Of a DNA stretch of 64,000 bases, positions 58,558 to 64,000 are shown piece by piece. This DNA is from an uncultured Spirochaetota bacterium (lineage in GTDB: Bacteria; Spirochaetota; Spirochaetia; SZUA-6; Fen-1364): assembly GCA_963820525.1 (NCBI GenBank), contig CAWGAA010000001.1:928001-992000 (forward strand). Reading direction: 5' to 3'. A program made the translations under genes and the position numbers. The notes beneath the pieces were generated by a model. That model did no database searches. It was given only the letters and a program-made list of their open reading frames with translations, and was not told the DNA's origin. Position 1 is the stretch's first letter. Each line of letters begins with the position of its first letter.

Positions 58558-59621
58558 AAATCCTCGTGACGGGCGCCGCCGGCTTTATCGGCTTTCATCT
58601 CTGCCGAAGAATCTCACGGGAGGGCAATGAGGTTATCGGCATCGACTCCATCAGCGACTACTACGATCCTGCGCTCAAGTACGCGCGCCTCGCGGAGCTT
58701 GGCATCGCCCGGGCGGCCGCGGATTCCGGCGGTTTGTCGCACAGCGACGGGCTCCCCGCCTTCAGTTTCCTTCGCCTGGCCCTGGAGGACAGGGCCGGCA
58801 TGGAGCGGCTCTTCAGCGAGCAGCGCTTTGCGCGTGTATTCCACATTGCGGCTCAGGCCGGTGTACGCTACAGCATCCAGAATCCGCGCGCCTATGTCGA
58901 GACGAACATCGGGGGCTTCCTGAATGTCCTGGAAGGATGCCGCGCGCTTTCCGTGAGCCACCTCGTTTTCGCATCCAGCTCTTCCGTCTATGGGCTTTCC
59001 CGTCGCATCCCCTTCAGCGAGCATGACCCCGCAGATCACCCGGTGAGCCTCTACGCGGCCACGAAAAAATCCAACGAGATGATGGCGCACGCCTACAGCC
59101 ACCTCTACGGAATTCCTTCAACGGGCTTGAGGTTTTTCACGGTGTATGGGCCGTGGGGCAGGCCCGATATGGCGTATTATAAATTTGCCCGGGCCATCGC
59201 GGAAGGCGCGCCGATAGACCTTTACAACTCCGGGGACATGATGCGCGACTTCACCTACATAGACGACGTTGTGGACGGCGTCGTGCGCGTCATGGACCAT
59301 CCTCCGGTTCCGGATCGGGGATGGAATCCCGAGCACCCGGATCCCGCGGCATCCGCTGCCCCCTTCCGGATCTACAATATCGGAAACAACCGGGCCGAGC
59401 CGCTCATCAACCTGGTGTCGGCGCTGGAGCGGTGCATGGGGCGCACAGCACGGCGTCGTCTCCTGCCCATGCAGCCGGGAGACGTCTACGCAACCGAGGC
59501 CGACGTGTCGGACATGGAGCGCGACTTCGGCTGGAAGCCCTCGACCTCCCTCGATGAAGGAGTGGCGCGTTTTGTCCGGTGGTTCACGGCGTATCACGGG
59601 AGCGGGGCCGGCCCCGCCTGA
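58554..59621 (+). CDS. UDP-glucuronate 4-epimerase (CapI/Uge-like)
   Basis: TGAAGFIG, AAQAGVRYS, ASSSSVYG, YAATK, FFTVYGPWGRPDMA, MQPGDV. Confidence 0.92.
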   Translation: MKILVTGAAGFIGFHLCRRISREGNEVIGIDSISDYYDPALKYARLAELGIARAAADSGGLSHSDGLPAFSFLRLALEDRAGMERLFSEQRFARVFHIAAQAGVRYSIQNPRAYVETNIGGFLNVLEGCRALSVSHLVFASSSSVYGLSRRIPFSEHDPADHPVSLYAATKKSNEMMAHAYSHLYGIPSTGLRFFTVYGPWGRPDMAYYKFARAIAEGAPIDLYNSGDMMRDFTYIDDVVDGVVRVMDHPPVPDRGWNPEHPDPAASAAPFRIYNIGNNRAEPLINLVSALERCMGRTARRRLLPMQPGDVYATEADVSDMERDFGWKPSTSLDEGVARFVRWFTAYHGSGAGPA

Positions 59622-59717
59622 CCGCGGTTCTTGAAAGAGGACGGGGGCCACGGTATGCTTTGGAGAGACGATGAGCAGTGCAGAAAACCCTCCGCGTCGC
59701 GCGGATCAGGGGCTTGA

Positions 59718-61217
59718 ATGATCCTCTTCCGCATTGCGCTGCGAAATCTCGGACGCCGCGGGCGTAAAAACCTGGTCGTGGCGGCCCTCATCGCAGTCGG
59801 CATCGCGGTGTTTCTCTTCGCAAACGCGGTGCTTGAAAGCTCGATCGGCGGGATACAGCACGCATTCTCCGATAATTTCACGGCGGACCTGTCCGTGAGC
59901 GAGACGAGCGACCAGTCCTTCAGCCTCCTCGGCCCGGACATTCCCGTGATCGGCGAGTACGAGTCCGAGCCGGTGCTCTTGAACGCCGCGGATATCGGCG
60001 CGCGCATTGCCCGCTTTCCCGGTGTGGCGGGCATGGCCTATGTTCTTTCATCTCCGCTCCTGGTGGAGGCGGGCGGCGCCCGCGACAACGCACTGGGGCT
60101 CGGCGTGATCGGATCCGAGTACTTTTCCCTCTTCCGTGGGCTTCTCTTCACGGCAGGCGCTCCGCCGGCTCCCGGAAGCTCAGGATGGGTGGTGATCTCC
60201 CAGGAATGGGCGCGGAAGATCGAGGCTGCGCAGGGCCGGCCCCCGATCCCGGGAGACACGGTGCAGCTGTCGTTCTTCCAAAACCAGTCCTTCAGCATCC
60301 GGGAGGCAACGCTGGCAGGTGTGGTCAGCTACCAGCCCAGCAACGAAGCCCTCGGCCGCGTGGTCATTGTGGACGCCCGAATACTTCGGGCCCTCTGCGG
60401 GTATTCGCAAACGGATAAACCGCCGGAAAGGGCGTTGTCTTCGTCAGCCTCGAACGATCGGGGTGCGACGCAAGACATAGACTCGCTCTTCCAAGCAGGC
60501 GCGAGCCCTCCCTCCAGCGGCGGCCATGAAGCCGACTCTTCGTCCCCGGTCAGCGTGAATGAGCTTGAAAAAATCATGCGCGAGGCGCACCGCAAAGGCG
60601 CGGCCTCCGATGCGTCCCCCCTCGGCCACGACGGAGCATGGCACTTCATTCTTGTCAGGACCGCGCCGGGGGCCGACAGGGGCCGCATTGCCGCGATGCT
60701 GCGCAGGGACCTTGCCGCCGCGGGCATGTCGATCCAGGTCAGAGACTGGCGCGGGACGGCGGGCGCCGTTGCCCTCTACGTCTCTCTCATGCAATTCGTC
60801 CTCTACGTCGGCATGTTCATGGTCGGGGGTATCGTTCTCATTCTGACCATGAACTCCCTGGTCATGTCGGTTTTCGAGCGAACCTCGGAGATCGGCACCA
60901 TGCGCGCCATCGGCGCCCAGCAGGCATTCATTCGCGGGCTGTTTATCGTTGAGACCACATCGCTCACCCTGTTCTCCGGCGCCGCGGGGATTCTCCTCGG
61001 CTCGGCGGCCGTGGTGGTCCTTGACCGGGCTTCCCTCCAATTCACCAATCAGATTCTCATCCTCCTTTTCGGCGGAACGTCCCTTCACCCCGTCGTCTCC
61101 AGCGGCAATATCGCGCTCTCCGCCATCGCCTCGCTGGTCCTTGGAACCGTGGCCTGGGTGTACCCCGTCCGGCTGGCTCTGCGGATTGCCCCCATCCGCG
61201 CCATTCATTCAACCTGA
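59718..61217 (+). CDS. FtsX/LolC-like ABC permease
   Basis: IALRNL, large extracytoplasmic domain, SVFERTSEIGTMRAIG. Confidence 0.88.
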   Translation: MILFRIALRNLGRRGRKNLVVAALIAVGIAVFLFANAVLESSIGGIQHAFSDNFTADLSVSETSDQSFSLLGPDIPVIGEYESEPVLLNAADIGARIARFPGVAGMAYVLSSPLLVEAGGARDNALGLGVIGSEYFSLFRGLLFTAGAPPAPGSSGWVVISQEWARKIEAAQGRPPIPGDTVQLSFFQNQSFSIREATLAGVVSYQPSNEALGRVVIVDARILRALCGYSQTDKPPERALSSSASNDRGATQDIDSLFQAGASPPSSGGHEADSSSPVSVNELEKIMREAHRKGAASDASPLGHDGAWHFILVRTAPGADRGRIAAMLRRDLAAAGMSIQVRDWRGTAGAVALYVSLMQFVLYVGMFMVGGIVLILTMNSLVMSVFERTSEIGTMRAIGAQQAFIRGLFIVETTSLTLFSGAAGILLGSAAVVVLDRASLQFTNQILILLFGGTSLHPVVSSGNIALSAIASLVLGTVAWVYPVRLALRIAPIRAIHST

Positions 61218-61224
61218 GGGACGG

Positions 61225-62436
61225 ATGATAGCGCGGGTCGCTTTTCGGAACTTCACCCGGAACAGCCGCCGGTTCCTTCTGCTGGGCCTGGCGGTGACGG
61301 CGGGCTTCTTCTTCGTGTGCACGGTTCAGGCGCTTGTCGCGGGACTCTCGTATCAGATCAGCACGCGCGGGGCCCGCTTCTACGGGGGGCATGTCATTGT
61401 CGGAAGGGCCGGGGATACCCCGCCGGACATGACGCCCAACCAGGAGGACCGCTTCATCCTGGATGCCATCTCCCGCGCGGGAATCCGACCTGCCGCCATT
61501 TCACACCGGACGCACTTCGGAGTCGACGGGATCGTGTTCTTCAACGGGGAAGCCGTGAGGATACGCCGGGTCATCGGCATGGACTGGTCCACGGAAGGGC
61601 CCAAGATCAAAGGGCTTCAGTTCGTCTCAGGGAAGCCCGACCAGATGACCGACCCCACCGGCGTCCTGATCTCGGAAGTGACCGCGCGGAACTTGGGGGC
61701 GCGCGTCGGAGATCAGATCACCCTTCAGGTGAATCGGGAGGGCGGCGCGATAAACACCATCCCACTGTGGGTGAAGGCCATATTCCGGGAAGTGAGCATC
61801 TTCGGCTATTACACCGTGTACATGGACCGAAGCGTCCTGGATCAGGCCCTCGGCTTTGACCCGAACTACAGCGCCACCGTGGGCATCTACCTGGACGATT
61901 ACAGAAAGGCGGACAGGGTGGCGGCCCGGCTTCACAAGATGCTGGACGGCCGATACACCGCCTCGCCCGTGGTGAGCTTGATGGAGGAGATCAGGACGAT
62001 GCTCGAAGCGCTCTCGGCTATCAGCTTCGGCATTCTGGCGCTCCTTGCCATTGTCATTGCGGTGGGAATACTCAACCTGTACCGGGTGATCATCTACGAG
62101 CGAACCCGGGAGATAGGCACAATGCGCGCCATCGGGGTCCAGAGGGCCCAGGTGCGCAACATCGTTCTCTGCGAGGCATTCTTCCTCGCGCTGTGCAGCG
62201 TGGCCGCCGGCCTCGCCTTAAGCGTTCTGGCCCTGTGGGCGCTGTCCCGGATCCCGCTCAGCGGCGCGGCGGGTTTCGACATCTTCCTGGACCGCGGGCA
62301 CCTGAGCTGGTTTCTGCATCCCGACAACGTGGGAACAGATGCGGTGTTCATCATCCTGATCACCCTCTTGGGCGCCCTGAGCCCTGCCCATTCTGCGCAA
62401 TCCATCGAGCCCGTGGTTGCCATCAGGGCTGAATGA
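61225..62436 (+). CDS. FtsX/LolE-like ABC permease
   Basis: VAFRN, ERTREIGTMRAIG, IEPVVAIR. Confidence 0.88.
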   Translation: MIARVAFRNFTRNSRRFLLLGLAVTAGFFFVCTVQALVAGLSYQISTRGARFYGGHVIVGRAGDTPPDMTPNQEDRFILDAISRAGIRPAAISHRTHFGVDGIVFFNGEAVRIRRVIGMDWSTEGPKIKGLQFVSGKPDQMTDPTGVLISEVTARNLGARVGDQITLQVNREGGAINTIPLWVKAIFREVSIFGYYTVYMDRSVLDQALGFDPNYSATVGIYLDDYRKADRVAARLHKMLDGRYTASPVVSLMEEIRTMLEALSAISFGILALLAIVIAVGILNLYRVIIYERTREIGTMRAIGVQRAQVRNIVLCEAFFLALCSVAAGLALSVLALWALSRIPLSGAAGFDIFLDRGHLSWFLHPDNVGTDAVFIILITLLGALSPAHSAQSIEPVVAIRAE

Positions 62437-62447
62437 AGAGGAGCTGT

Positions 62448-63257
62448 ATGAGAATCCCACGTCGGGAATCCATCCTGCGGTTGTTCATCTTTTTGTCAGG
62501 GGGGATCCTGCTGACGCCCTCATCCGCGGGGGCAGAGACGGCGGCCGGTGGAACAGATTTCGTGCAGATGCTCAAGAAGGCGGACGCCCTGGTGACTTTC
62601 CCCGACTCCGATTTTTCCGCGCTGTACACCTTCGAGCAGGAAACCCCGGGCCAGGGGAAGAGCACCAAGCAGGCCATGGTGTTCAGGCGGGACAAGGACA
62701 ATACGTATCTCATCGTCGTAACGAAGCCGGAAGAGGACAAGGGAAAGGGGTATCTGAAGTCGGGAGACAACCTCTGGTTCTACGATCCCGTGTCGCGCCG
62801 GTTCACTTTCACCAGCGCCAAGGACCGGTTCCAGAACATGAACGCGCGCAACTCGGACTTCACGCGCTCGAATCTCGCGGGAGATTACACGGTGGCCGGA
62901 TCCGCCCGCCAGAAGCTCGGCAGGTTCGACTGTTGGATGATGGACCTCCAGGCCGTCAGTGACTCCATCACCTTCCCGAAAATGAGAATCTGGATCAGCG
63001 ACGACGGCCTCGTGCGCAAGACCGAGGATTACAGCTACTCGGGCCAGCACGTGCGCACCGTGGCCTTTCCCCAGTATCAGCAGGCCGGCGACCGCTATAT
63101 CCCGCACGTCGTCGTCATTGTGGACGAGCTTCGCGGCGCGACCATCAACGGCACGTTCGTCAAGGAGAGGACAACCTATACCATCTCCCGACCGTCGCTC
63201 CAGCGCCTGCCGGACGCGACCTTCACGAAAACCTGGCTGGAAAAGCTCAGTGAGTAA
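62448..63257 (+). CDS. LolA-like outer-membrane lipoprotein-sorting protein
   Basis: Signal peptide; PEEDKGKGYLK.GDNLWFYDP, NSDF, LPDATFTK. Confidence 0.82.
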   Translation: MRIPRRESILRLFIFLSGGILLTPSSAGAETAAGGTDFVQMLKKADALVTFPDSDFSALYTFEQETPGQGKSTKQAMVFRRDKDNTYLIVVTKPEEDKGKGYLKSGDNLWFYDPVSRRFTFTSAKDRFQNMNARNSDFTRSNLAGDYTVAGSARQKLGRFDCWMMDLQAVSDSITFPKMRIWISDDGLVRKTEDYSYSGQHVRTVAFPQYQQAGDRYIPHVVVIVDELRGATINGTFVKERTTYTISRPSLQRLPDATFTKTWLEKLSE

Positions 63258-64000
63258 GAAGGCATACATGAGGAGCGCTCGTCGGGCCCGGTTTTTTCTT
63301 GCGGCCGCCTTATGCCTGGCAGGCGCGGGCTTGTGGGCGCAATCTCAGGGCCAGACGGATTCGAGTGACGACGATCTGAACGGCCTGTTCAACGACGGCG
63401 AGCCCTCCCCTTCACCTCCCTCCACAGGCCCGCAGGCCCCCACCCAGCCGTCCGCCCCCGCGGAGGTGCGGCCCGACGACCTGACGAGGGACGACAAGAT
63501 CCACGTGTTCGGATCCCTCGACATCTTCGGCGATCTGGGAGGCGGCTGGTCCCCGCTTCCGGATCCGAACCGGCTGTTCGAGAATCTCCGCGCCGAAGGC
63601 GGCGGCAGCCTTGCCGTTAGTTTCGGGTTCGAAGTGAGGCCTGTGACCGAGCTCAGGATCCGCGCCAAGCTGAGCTACAATTTCCCGGGTCCCGCTCCCT
63701 TGTTTTCAGAGATGATCGTCGATTATTCCCTCTGGAACAGCGTGTTCTTCCGGGTGGGGATATTCGATTACACCTGGGGCAACTCCCAGTTCTTCCAGTT
63801 CGGGAATCTCCCAACCCGCGGCCTTCCCGGCTGGTCCACCAGCAATCTGCCGTACTGGGAGCAGACCAATCTCATCACCACAATAACAACGCCGACGGTG
63901 CCGGTCTCCGCGAAGATGAACATACCTTTCGGGCTGGGCGGGCTCACCTTCATTGCGCGATTCGACATGGCGAACTACGGATTCCCCGACCAATACACGC
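63250..64000 (+). CDS. Exported protein, probable outer-membrane beta-barrel (3' end lies outside the window; start GTG 63250 or ATG 63268)
   Basis: Frame is open to the window end; signal peptide ...LAAALCLAGAGLWA, acidic DDDLNGLF, Pro-rich linker, then beta-strand-like segments. Confidence 0.65.
   Translation, partial: MSKKAYMRSARRARFFLAAALCLAGAGLWAQSQGQTDSSDDDLNGLFNDGEPSPSPPSTGPQAPTQPSAPAEVRPDDLTRDDKIHVFGSLDIFGDLGGGWSPLPDPNRLFENLRAEGGGSLAVSFGFEVRPVTELRIRAKLSYNFPGPAPLFSEMIVDYSLWNSVFFRVGIFDYTWGNSQFFQFGNLPTRGLPGWSTSNLPYWEQTNLITTITTPTVPVSAKMNIPFGLGGLTFIARFDMANYGFPDQYT

Noticed and set aside
1..64000. rRNA, tRNA, CRISPR arrays, integrases, IS elements and prophage genes
   Set aside because: None recognised by eye; intergenic spaces are short and lack such structures

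Overview
A GC-rich bacterial chromosomal segment, probably from a free-living Spirochaetota. This is inferred from an EPS-type MarR regulator heading the glycan locus, lipoproteins with long signal peptides, and an FtsX/FtsX/LolA-like gene set. Bases 1-18.9 kb hold accessory genes: a HlyD tail, a membrane-anchored LuxR regulator next to a CPBP protease with a clear TCACCC operator array, an EFR1 ferredoxin, a serine hydrolase, a damaged GH27, an aldo-keto reductase, DUF72, a GT39/GT39/GtrA/GtrB glycosylation module, a large CoA-dehydratase activase, a KdpE-like remnant, a beta-helix lipoprotein and a small orphan helical protein. Bases 19-59.6 kb are one co-oriented, ~40 kb Wzm/Wzt-exported surface-glycan locus. 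It has about 25 glycosyltransferase-like genes, including a fungal Mnn-type GT71, paired exostosin-like proteins, two GT32s and a GT25/GT11/GT11/GT25/GT10 Lewis-like block. It also has three methyltransferase domains, rmlACDB, ugd, UDP-xylose and UDP-galacturonate enzymes, and a galactokinase-like/GalU-like fusion. Bases 59.7-64 kb hold a LolCE/LolA-like set and a partial exported protein. Several single-base frameshifts and two short internal deletions are visible and could be biological or assembly errors. No rRNA, tRNA, CRISPR array or IS element was recognised. All family calls come from recalled motifs, not database searches.
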